DNA of 33,631 nt from Octopus bimaculoides (lineage: Eukaryota), in contig NC_068985.1 of assembly GCF_001194135.2 (NCBI RefSeq), positions 3,468,619 through 3,502,249 of the forward strand. Reading direction: 5' to 3'. The notes beneath the pieces were generated by a model. The model was not told where the DNA came from, searched no databases, and saw only the letters and a list, made by a program, of their open reading frames with translations. Below, one piece after another: positions 1 to 9,419 of the stretch (the stretch's first letter is position 1; every line of letters begins with the position of its first letter). The position numbers and the translations under genes were made by a program.

Positions 1-705
1 TCACAGATTTATATCTATGTACATTGGACATTTGAGAATTAAGTATCTTGCTTAAGGACACAATCCAACATAAGTGACGTGATAAGTTTTACCAAGCATT
101 CATGTCTTTTATATAAATAGTTTTTTTTTGTTTTTTTGGTCTTACTCCTTTAATATCTACCGATTGTTTTCAGGAATTTGAAAATAAACTCGTTAGAAAT
201 AATCTTGGTTGCTTTCTGCCACTTGCAAAGGCCATGGTGGCACTAAGAAAGATCGTGGTCATTGCTGCTCTTCCACCGTCGAGGATTCTCTTTAAAAAAT
301 CTGTCAAAGAAGATTCTACTCCTCCTTACTGTACCTTCCAAACATATCCTGGTCTTATTTAGCTCCAGGTCAGCCTTAAGTAAACCTATTATCAAAGGAA
401 CCTCAGCCGTGTTCATCTGGAAGGTGGGAGAATGCGGAGAGGTGGTAAGCCCTGGTACAAGGCCCAACGTGTCTTTCCCTTTTAATTCGGGAGGGTGTGG
501 CATAAGTGGATTAAAGTACTATTTTTTTTAACAGGTGAAATAACTGCATATATTATAGTTTAGATATGTTAGAATATAGCCATAGCTATCTTTTTCTTAC
601 ATAGAACTGCAGTTAACTATTTCAGTTATGTCTTATTTCAATTATTGTTAATTCCATAACAGATTCGCAATAAAAAGATCGATATTTAAATGAAATCTAT
701 AAGAC

Positions 706-927
706 TTACTTGGAATTCGATCGTGCTCTGTTCTTATAACTGTTATTCATGAGTTTCTGTAAGGTTTTGCGGTTATGGCCATTAGGATCATGTCTGTTGG
801 TATGTTCTCTGGCTTCTTTCTTTGATCGACCTTTACCACTGTGGCCAACATGGATGTATTGGTCACGGTACATGCTCATTATGTCGTATTCGTCCATGTA
901 GTTCGCCACAAAGAAATCAGTCATCAT
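706..927 (-). CDS. Nupr1: Nuclear protein 1 (NUPR1/p8) family, small stress-induced chromatin protein, 73 aa if unspliced at the 3' end
   Basis: Translation MMTDFFVANYMDEYDIMSMYRDQYIHVGHSGKGRSKKEAREHTNRHDPNGHNRKTLQKLMNNSYKNRARSNSK. It has the p8 hallmarks as I recall them from human NUPR1 (GRKGRTKREAAANTNRPSPGGHERKLVTKLQN) and fly p8 (DEY...GHSGKQRNKREANEHTNHFDPSGHSRKILTKLMN). First ATG is at 927 and a second at 924. An in-frame TAA lies upstream in the same exon, so the N-terminus is complete. The last codons depend on whether the donor at 709 is used. Confidence 0.93.
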   Translation of the reverse strand: MMTDFFVANYMDEYDIMSMYRDQYIHVGHSGKGRSKKEAREHTNRHDPNGHNRKTLQKLMNNSYKNRARSNSK

Positions 928-965
928 CAACTTTACCGATTCTTGACGCCGATAGAATTAATAGC
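710..965 (-). other. Nupr1: Nupr1 main exon (38 nt 5'UTR plus CDS) with splice sites
   Basis: Minus strand: acceptor cttgtctttgtgttttcAG|GCTAT (AG at 967-966) with branch-like ATTAAC/ATAAC upstream; donor CCAA|GTAAGT (GT at 709-708). Confidence 0.75.
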
Positions 966-1015
966 CTGAAAACACAAAGACAAGGGAGGTTATTATTTGT
1001 TAATTTCGTTTAAAC

Positions 1016-2108
1016 CAGGGGTCGCCAAACCCTTTTCGACCATCAACCCTCTTTAACCACTTTTCCTTCCGCATCGACCCTCCTTAGCCACTTCTTCCGC
1101 AACAACCACCCTCCTCATTTAAAATACCTTAACACCTTATCCTGCCATGCCACACCTTAAATGCATACCGGGTACTGATGCTAAATGTTAGCTAAAATAT
1201 ACAGGTACGTCAAATTAAGAAATTCTGTTGAAGATGTCACTCTTTTTACGTTTAAAACTTCGTGTATGAGTCTACAGTCTTAAACTTTTAATTTTTATGA
1301 AATTGTTTTCACGGTTAGAAAATGTGAAAAACGCATCATATCGCTGGAATATCTTTTATTTAAATTGACAACATCAATGCGAGGGATGAGAATGGTGATC
1401 CTGAATCAAGGCATTGATATCAGGCTGAATATTGGTCAGTTTCAGTCTCAAATCACTTCGTTCATCCAGGTTCAGGCGATTTCCCTGTTTGCTGAGGATT
1501 ACGTTTGCATGGCTGAAGCCAGCTTTCACTATATAAGAGCTAGGAAATGCCAGAAGGAATGGTTCAGCTGCTGCTTTAAGGTGTAGGTACCTTTCACTTG
1601 TTTTCTTATTGTACCAAAAGTCACTCAGACTTCTGATCTCAAAAAAGGCTTTCACCACAATATCGACGCTCAAATAATCAAGTTCGGTGATAGAGAGACA
1701 GCCGCAGCATGAAGGACGGCGTAGCATTCAAGTGATTTCCGCTTCACAAATCCAACGCCTACAATGACCTACAAACAAAAACGTTTATAGGATATGTATT
1801 TAATATCTTATCTCCCAGAGCAGGCCTGGTCAATGCCATATGCAAACACTTGACAGTCCGCAGCCCCTCAATCACACCTCTTAATCTTTGATTACGACCT
1901 CAGGCCTCGAACGTAAGCAACAGCAGTCTTCTCGCTGCAATGAAAACTTATCAAATTTTCCCACGTTTCATGGCGCTGACTAAGCATTTCAATCAGTTCC
2001 TCTGGGTGAGCTGGTCTTTCGCATGCCGACCCCCATTCGACCCCTTGGCTATCATCGACCCTCTGTAACTCCTCGCCGACCTCTAGGAGGTCCTTTTGGT
2101 GAACCCTG
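1016..2108 (-). mobile_element. Internally deleted hAT (Buster/Charlie-type) DNA transposon in Nupr1 intron 1
   Basis: TIRs CAGGGGTCGCCAAAC (from 1016) and CAGGGTTCACCAAAA (reverse complement, ending 2108), 12/15 identical. 8-bp TSD GTTTAAAC (1008-1015) / GTTTAAAG (2109-2116) with central TA, the Buster signature. Subterminal TCGACCC repeats at both ends. Confidence 0.9.
1374..1727 (-). pseudogene. C-terminal remnant of a Buster/ZBED5-SCAND3-like hAT transposase
   Basis: SLSDFW...LLAFPSSYIVKAGFSHANVILSKQGNRLNLDERSDLRLKLTNIQPDINALIQDHHSHPSH* matches the hAT C-terminal dimerization-region pattern (FPxxYxxExGFS...RNRL...DLRLxL...HPSH). Confidence 0.88.
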
Positions 2109-2648
2109 GTTTAAAGGAAATGTGATATTATATAAATTAATGAATACATGTCACTTTCTAATTAAACGCAGGAACCAATATTTTGTTGAGATGGTGTAGA
2201 TTTAAGTATATCGATCTTAGTATATTATCGATACGTTCCTATTGATCCCAGATGGATGAAAGGCGAAGATTAGTTATCTCAGGGATATTATAGATAATCC
2301 TAAAGTAGTCGACCGGCCATATTGGGGTTTAGTACCAATGTGAGATACGGGATCTCTAAGTGGGGTAGCGAGAAGTCACCTGACATACTAGGGATAATAG
2401 GTAAATATCCCGTAAATCACAATCTACAGTCTTAACAATACGTTGGATGATCACGTCTGGAACGATTTGATTGAACGGCTCTGAGACGTCGAGCACAACA
2501 CTAACACGATCATAACACAACCATTGTTGAGAAAGCGCCTTGCTATTCGAAATATGAGCTCAATAATTACCCACCTGGATTACACGAAAATATGGTTAAG
2601 AGATGATGTTTGCTTGTTGAAAGTGATCAGATAACATAGAGTCGAAGA

Positions 2649-2763
<115 letters not shown>

Positions 2764-3598
2764 GGCTATGTAATGAGGTTGGGGTACGGAATGATAGCGG
2801 TGAGGTTGTTAGTTGAAGAACTCTGAAAGTTGTTGGGGAAGTCTACTACTACTACTACTACAGCTGCTGCTATTGCTGCTGCTGCTTTTGCTTCTATAGC
2901 AGAAAACTATTTTGTTGTTTATAGTCGCAAAACGTAAACAAATTCTTTCCAAGGATTATATTTCAAAACTGCTTGTCAACAATCTTTATAATTACCTCGA
3001 GTGAGCCATAAACCAGAACTAATGTTATTAATATCAGAACTAATATCCATCTGAGATCAAAATCTTGTTTTGTTTCTCAGTTATGCTGTTACACTTTGTC
3101 TTCTCTCAAAATAGAATTTTTTTTTTTACCTAATTTAACATTAGTCAGAGAATCAGTTTAGCTCTGTTTCGATTCCCGTTTGGAACAATAATTATTTTCT
3201 TTTTTATTACATCTTACCTTACTGATGCCCTCAGTAAAAACATTGATGTCACAAGTCACCATTTCGCGAATACAGACACTATGGGAAAAATGGTTAGGAA
3301 TAGATAATGAGACAGAGAGATGATATTGATCATCATTGCAAAAGATGGACAGTCTAAAGTCTTTCTCCTTTTCTCAAATTGTTGTCATTCTTCCTGGTTC
3401 ATTGCAATAAGATGCCAACAAATTTCCAGAAATATAGCTGCCTTTTCTTATTCAAAATGCCTCTGAAAGCAGTATTCTTGCCCATCAATTTCCCATAAAT
3501 GCCACCCTCTTTGCTTCCACTCTACCGATTCACGACAAAGCATCCAAAATTCACTTCCCTTCTCAGGCTTGTTCACCCCATAACAATGTATGCGATGA

Positions 3599-3785
3599 AA
3601 GGCGGCGAGATGGCAGAAACGTTAGCACGCCGGGCGAAATGCTCAGCAGTATTTCGTCTGTCTTTATGTTCGGAGTTCAAATTCTGCCGAGGTCGACTTT
3701 GTCTTTCATCCTTTCGGGGTCGATAAATTAAGTACCAGTTGCGTAATGGAATCAATCTAATAGACTGGCTCCCTCTCCAAACCAC
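3599..3785 (+). mobile_element. tRNA-derived SINE, family A (Nin-like central domain)
   Basis: GGCGGCGAGxTGGCAGAAACGTTAGCACGCC head, GAGTTCAAATT B-box, GTCGACTTTGxCTTTCATCCTTTCGGGGTCGATAAATTAAGTACC core; many copies in the window. Confidence 0.85.
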
Positions 3786-5319
3786 ATATTTCTCTATAAT
3801 CCAAAAAGAAATTGTTAAAATATCTGTGTTGTAGAAATGTAACCAGTTTATGGCCCACAAATTTTAACAACAAAATATAGAACACGAAGCGTCATGTGGA
3901 CCCTGGTTGAGAACCACAGGTCCTTTTATAACTCCATACAAGGCACGAGCATGGCTCTTCATTAACATGTTGACCATAGACATGCTGTGAGGCAGGTGTT
4001 AAGTAGACCAAGATTGAAGACCGAGAGAAACCCCAAAGCAACATTCACGGGTAAACGCTGGTTATACGAAAACAAAAAAAAAAAANNNNNNNNNNAAAAA
4101 AAAAAAAAAAAAAACGTTTTCTTAAAACGGCAAGTTTATCAACAAAGCTGCCAATTAGAGAAAGGTAATTTCTTTAAAATGAGTTATCTAGTTTACAGTC
4201 TGTTTGTGTGCCTCCTTTAGGGTGAAAGTTCCTACGACAAATTTTCCTACAGCGAAAATATTTACGGCGAATGTTCCGGACACGATAAACGTTATAACCA
4301 ACTTGCCCACGTTTTTATGCCCCCGCCTTCTCTCTTTAATGGAACTACAATGGTCCTTACCTCTCTGTGCTATTCCATCCTGATTCACCGACCTCTCCTA
4401 TTTACACTCTTATTCCCTTGTCACTCCCTTATTACTGATACCCGCCACACCCATTCCACCCGACTCTCCCATTTCGTCATTGCCATTAAATCTGATTCCC
4501 AAAGTCCCACATCGACCATTTCACCCGATCCTTACTTCTCACTGCCACTCTATTCGATACTTCCAATTCTGGCCACATATTCAAATACGCACCAACACAC
4601 GCGCATGTGTATATAGGTGTAAATATGTTTCTACATATTTATACACATATACAAATATATGTGATGAAATAAAATGTGTGTCTGTGTATCTTTCTCTCTC
4701 TCTCTCTCTCTACTCACACATTCAAAAATATGTAAACATAAACACATCCACACGAAAAACTTGAAATAAGAGTGAAATAAAGCGTATGGGATGTTGCATC
4801 TAATGCTAAATATCTTTTATATTTTAATCGAAAAAATCTGGTTTGGAATTTTGAAAAATGAATAGGAAAAAGCAAGCGTAGACAAGAGAAAGGATTCAAA
4901 TGAATTTAGAATGAATTAAATAATAACCTAAACAGCTTCTACATTTGAAAATTATTTTGAAGTACGAGCGCGAATTATCTTTCTTCAAGTAACGTCATAC
5001 GACAAATGAATGGCAAAATAAATTTACCGATTTGCAATTATTATGGTACAATCAACGCTTCCTTCTCCACAAAATCTTTTAGATTTGTGCCTTGAAAGAA
5101 GGAGGATTCATTCCAAAATATTTCGAAATGAACGCCAAACCGTGAATGTTTCTTAGTTACCATAGGAACGGTAGAGTACTGCAGACAGTCGAATAAAGTC
5201 CTTTCAATGGTTCCTGAAAATTAGGAATTAGGAATCGGTGCTGGAACTCAAAGAATATACAGACTGTAAGATGCCGTTACTTATATTTTGGTGCACACAC
5301 GCACAAATGCGGGTATAAA

Positions 5320-5336
5320 CATATATACATATATAG

Positions 5337-5369
<33 letters not shown>

Positions 5370-5640
5370 TATATAGACACACACATACACAAGTACACAC
5401 ACACATATGTAATATATACAAATACATTCACGTATATATACATAATGCGTATATGCATATATACACAACTGCTTTTATGCTTATAGCTTGAACGTATCAT
5501 ATGCATACACACACATATATACATATATGTGTGTGTATATGGATATACAGACACATGTGTGTGTATATATATATATATATATACACAGACACACGCATAC
5601 ACGCGCGCACACACACGCATACACGCGCACACACACACAC
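5320..5640. repeat. (CA)n/(TA)n low-complexity tract
   Basis: Seen directly. Confidence 0.95.
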
Positions 5641-5760
5641 ATGTTCTTATGTTCCGTTATGATAAAAACAATTTTATGGTTATTCTATACTTTAGTGGAG
5701 TTCATAGTCAGACGATGAAGTTGAAATCACTGTCACACGATGAAACTTCGAAGTCACTGT

Positions 5761-5921
5761 CTCAGGTGTGACTGTGTAGTAAGAAGCTTGCTTTCCAACC
5801 ACATGGTTCGAGGTTCAGACCCACTGTGTGGCACCTTGGGCAAGTGTCTTCTACTACAGCCTCGGGCCGACCAAAGCCTTGTGAGTGGATTTGGGAGACG
5901 GAAACTGAAAGAAGCCTGTCG

Positions 5922-5999
<78 letters not shown>

Positions 6000-6225
6000 C
6001 ATGTGTGTATATGTGTCTGTATTTGTCCTCCCCACATTTGTTTGAAAAACGATGCTAGTGTGCTTACGTCCCCGTAACTTAGCGGTTGCGCAAAAGAATC
6101 CGATAGAATAAGTACTAGGCTTCCAAAGAATAAGTCCTGGGGTCGATTTGCTCGACTAAAAGGCGGTGCTCCAGTATGGTCGCAGTCAAAAGACATAAAC
6201 AAGTAAAGAATAAAAGAATAAATAA
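5761..6225 (+). mobile_element. tRNA-derived SINE, family B (CORE-like), with internal (AT)n
   Basis: GTGACTGTGTxGTAAGAAGCTTGCTTTCCAACCACATGGTTC...GGTTCAG.CCCACTG head; GGCACCTTGGGCAAGTGTCTTCTACTA.AGCCTCGGGCCGACC MIR-core-like segment; microsatellite; 3' body ending GCAGTCAAA...AAACAAGTAAAG. Confidence 0.88.
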
Positions 6226-6259
6226 ATATATATATGTATATATATATATGTATGTATAT

Positions 6260-6335
6260 TGATGAAACCACGAGCACAGGCTTGGGATGGCCTTATAATT
6301 GAGTTGGCTTCGCAACCACGTGGTTTCCTGTTGGC
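6260..6335. promoter_or_regulatory. Candidate intron-1 enhancer (CARE + C/EBP-like + E-box)
   Basis: TGATGAAAC 6260-6268, TTCGCAA 6309-6315 and 12-bp palindrome AACCACGTGGTT 6314-6325, in unique sequence between two SINEs. Confidence 0.4.
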
Positions 6336-6609
6336 GTGTTTTGACCGAGTGTCGTCTGCTTTTAGCCTTCAGTCGACCAATGCTTTCAAAGTGAAAATGT
6401 ATATTCTTTTATTCTTCTACTTATTTCAGTCATCTGACTGTGGCCATGCTGGAGTACTGCCTTTTAACCTCACAAATCGACTAGGAAGACCCTGGGGCTA
6501 TAAACAAAAGTACCATTGTCCCCTATGGGTCATCCACATTTAGGTGGCAAATATACTTTATGATTCCGTGCTGCTACTGCTTACGTCTCGCTCAGAGATT
6601 TATTATTGC

Positions 6610-6612
<3 letters not shown>

Positions 6613-6673
<61 letters not shown>
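6613..6673. repeat. (AT)n microsatellite
   Basis: Seen directly. Confidence 0.98.
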
Positions 6674-6676
<3 letters not shown>

Positions 6677-6827
6677 CACGCAAACATATATTCACATAAA
6701 CGTTTATATACACTTCATACTCAAAAAGCGCGAAGGAACGGTTGTGAGAGAGATATATATAACAATTATTTCTTATAAACAAGCAACGGTGTCAACAAAA
6801 TCCTGTCTATCAAACTGGAACGTATTT

Positions 6828-6843
6828 GGGGAGAGAGAGAGAA

Positions 6844-6892
<49 letters not shown>

Positions 6893-6968
6893 AAGACAGA
6901 GACAGAGAGAACGAGAAAGAGACAGAGAGAGAGAGAAAGAGAGAGACAGAAAAAGAGACAGAAAAAGA

Positions 6969-7016
<48 letters not shown>

Positions 7017-7045
7017 AAGAGAATGAGAGAGATAGAGAGAAAGAA
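6828..7045. repeat. (GA)n-rich polypurine tract
   Basis: Seen directly. Confidence 0.97.
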
Positions 7046-7098
7046 TCAGTCAGAGGAAAACGAATTCGCAGAGGAAAGTTTAAAAAAAAAATACTCAC

Positions 7099-7174
7099 AG
7101 CAAGGAACGAGTGGAAAGTCGTTGTTTACTTTTTACAGTTTAATGTTCGCTTAACCTCGGCAAATCTGTTCTGT
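7099..7174 (-). other. Nupr1: Probable non-coding exon 1 of Nupr1 (TSS approximate)
   Basis: ATG-free segment of about 75 nt. It starts ~30 nt downstream of TATAAAAG (7204-7197) and ends in donor GCT|GTGAGT (GT at 7098-7097). Same strand as the acceptor at 966. Confidence 0.6.
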
Positions 7175-7196
7175 CAAGTGTTTCTCTGACGTTCTT

Positions 7197-7420
7197 CTTT
7201 TATATATCGCAATACTTGATGGAGGTGGGGCTTGCAACGGAACTTGTGTGTGTGTGTGTGTCTGTGTGTTTAAGTAGGTGTTCGTGCCCGTGCGTGTACA
7301 CACGCATCCATACTAACACGTGCGCGCACACACGCAATCTCTGACTGCAACTTCCAGCCCTGCTGAAGTGATTGGCTTTTGTTGATGGGGTAACAGCCAC
7401 GTGGACGGTCTGTGACTCAT
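7197..7420 (-). promoter_or_regulatory. Putative Nupr1 core/proximal promoter
   Basis: TATAAAAG 7204-7197; NF-Y-type AGCCAATCA (CCAAT 7375-7371); palindromic E-box CCACGTGG 7397-7404; AP-1 TGACTCA 7413-7419; C/EBP-like half sites ATTGCG and TTGCAA between the TATA box and 7240. Confidence 0.6.
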
Positions 7421-7459
7421 GATAAGTTGGCAGAAGTAATACAGTCATAACATAACAAC

Positions 7460-7714
7460 ACTCTCTCTCTATCTCTGTCTCTTTTATCTCTCTCGCTCTC
7501 TTTATCTCTCACTCTTTCTCTCTCTCTCTTTTCCTCTCTCTCTCTTTGCATCTATCGATTTATCTATCTATCTATCAACATTCCTCCCTCTTTCTCGCTC
7601 TACCTATTTATCTGTCTGTCTTTTTGTTAGTCTGTTTCTCTCTCCTCCTCCTCTCTCTCTCTCGTCTCTCTCTCTCGTCTCTCTCTATGTATATATATAT
7701 GTATATATATATAT
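7460..7714. repeat. (TC)n / (TATC)n / (AT)n tract ending at a gap
   Basis: Seen directly. Confidence 0.95.
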
Positions 7715-8217
7715 NNNNNNNNNNNNNNNNNNNNNNNNNNNNNNNNNNNNNNNNNNNNNNNNNNNNNNNNNNNNNNNNNNNNNNNNNNNNNNNNNNNNNN
7801 NNNNNNNNNNNNNNNNNNNNNNNNNNNNNNNNNNNNNNNNNNNNNNNNNNNNNNNNNNNNNNNNNNNNNNNNNNNNNNNNNNNNNNNNNNNNNNNNNNNN
7901 NNNNNNNNNNNNNNNNNNNNNNNNNNNNNNNNNNNNNNNNNNNNNNNNNNNNNNNNNNNNNNNNNNNNNNNNNNNNNNNNNNNNNNNNNNNNNNNNNNNN
8001 NNNNNNNNNNNNNNNNNNNNNNNNNNNNNNNNNNNNNNNNNNNNNNNNNNNNNNNNNNNNNNNNNNNNNNNNNNNNNNNNNNNNNNNNNNNNNNNNNNNN
8101 NNNNNNNNNNNNNNNNNNNNNNNNNNNNNNNNNNNNNNNNNNNNNNNNNNNNNNNNNNNNNNNNNNNNNNNNNNNNNNNNNNNNNNNNNNNNNNNNNNNN
8201 NNNNNNNNNNNNNNNNN
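7715..8217. other. Assembly gap (others at 4086-4095, 16255-16813, 19890-20069, 26711-27611, 32262-32583)
   Basis: Runs of N, mostly abutting microsatellites. Content is unknown; this gap lies only ~500 bp upstream of the predicted TSS. Confidence 1.
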
Positions 8218-8294
8218 CTCAAGGCTTTCTCTACCTTAGAATATTTAGAAATATTTAGGTTATTCGATCAAACATCTTCACAGATTCTCTATGT

Positions 8295-8715
8295 AAGGCG
8301 CAGACGTTGCTGTGGCGTAAGAAGCTTGCTTTCCAATCACATGGTTCCGGGTTCAGTCCCACTGTGTGGCACCTTGGGCAAGTGTCTTCTAGTATAGCCT
8401 CGGGCCGACCAAAACCTTGTGAGTGGATTTGGTAGTCGGTAACTGAAAGACACCACACACGCGCGCGCGCGCGCACGCGTGTGTGTGTCTTTGTATCTGT
8501 GTTTGTCCTCCACCACTGCTTAAAAACCGGTCTTGGTGTGTTTATATTCCCGTAACCTAGCAGTTCAGCAAAATTGGATGATAGAATAAATGCCAGTCTT
8601 AAAAACAAATACACAAAAACAAGTAGTGGTGTCGACTCATTCTGCTAACTTTCTTCAATGCAGTGCTCCAGCAAGGCCGCAGTCTAACCACTGAAACAAG
8701 CCAAAGGTCAAAAGT
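8295..8715 (+). mobile_element. Family B SINE
   Basis: Same head, core and 3' body; internal (CA)(CG)(TG) tract. Confidence 0.82.
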
Positions 8716-8882
8716 TAAAGATGTCCAGCTTAAAACAAGTCAATTACTTTCCCAGACTTTATTATTTTGTATTTTCAATTCTGTTAATCTTGTTACTTTT
8801 GTGGTTCCTACCGAAGCATAAGAACCCAGAGTTTCGGGAAGGAAGGCGTCGATTGATTCAGTTATGAACTGGATCTTATTTT

Positions 8883-9162
8883 CACGGTATCACGGCATCG
8901 ATCAGATTATCGAATGTTGTTCTACATCGCTGGTCACGCTGCACTTCACATTGTTTTAGCTTTTGAATGATGTTGCTTCGCTGGCAAAATATGCAGGTCA
9001 ACTTTCGTCCTGAGTGTTGCCCATTGACAGCTGAGTGGACTGGACCAACGTGAAATGCAGTGTTTTGCTCAAGAACACAACGCACCGCCCAGTCCAGAAA
9101 TCGACCTCACGATTGCTAGAACGCGAGTGCAACGCCCTAACCAATTGGCCACGCGCCTTCAC
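8883..9162 (-). mobile_element. tRNA/CORE-like SINE inserted in an older family A remnant
   Basis: Head GTGAAGGCGCGTGGCCAATTGGTTAGGGCG...GTGTTCTTGAGCAAAACAC; flanked by near-duplicate ACTG(GA/T)TCTTATTTT. Confidence 0.7.
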
Positions 9163-9419
9163 TGTTCTTATTTTACAGACCCAAAAGGATGAAACGGATG
9201 AGCAAAATAGGATCGGAAGTGAGGACTTAAAATAGGATCGGACTAAATACCGAAATAAACAATTCGTTTGTTTTATTTAGTTATCTCAATTTTAGGGAGC
9301 AGGGTGGTACGGAAATTATCTTGAGATATTTTGTTACGACCCCTTTGAGTTCAACCCCCAATAGGGCCTCCTGCGGACGGTAAAATTAGGTATATATATA
9401 CACAAAGAGGTGAATAGGA

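Noticed and set aside
243-531. Overlapping 86-aa and 89-aa ORFs downstream of Nupr1
   Set aside because: No recognisable family or convincing splice context; more likely 3'UTR, intron or an unrecognisable LINE remnant.
2440-2500. GGATGATC...GAGACGTCGAGC as a possible third hammerhead
   Set aside because: Both core segments are mismatched and there are no consistent stems.
4210-4310. ~15-bp tandem units (CCTACGGCGAAAATT-like) resembling a MITE arm
   Set aside because: Only one arm is visible, with no matching TIR or TSD.
4662-4670. Isolated TGATGAAAT motifs (4662, ~31697) and scattered CACGTG sites
   Set aside because: Singletons at roughly chance frequency in AT-rich DNA; several E-boxes are inside repeats.
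5228-7154. Long ORFs rich in YI/CV/HT/RE/SL dipeptides (e.g. 6606-7154, 5762-6277, 5228-5638)
   Set aside because: They are translations of microsatellites and SINEs, not proteins.
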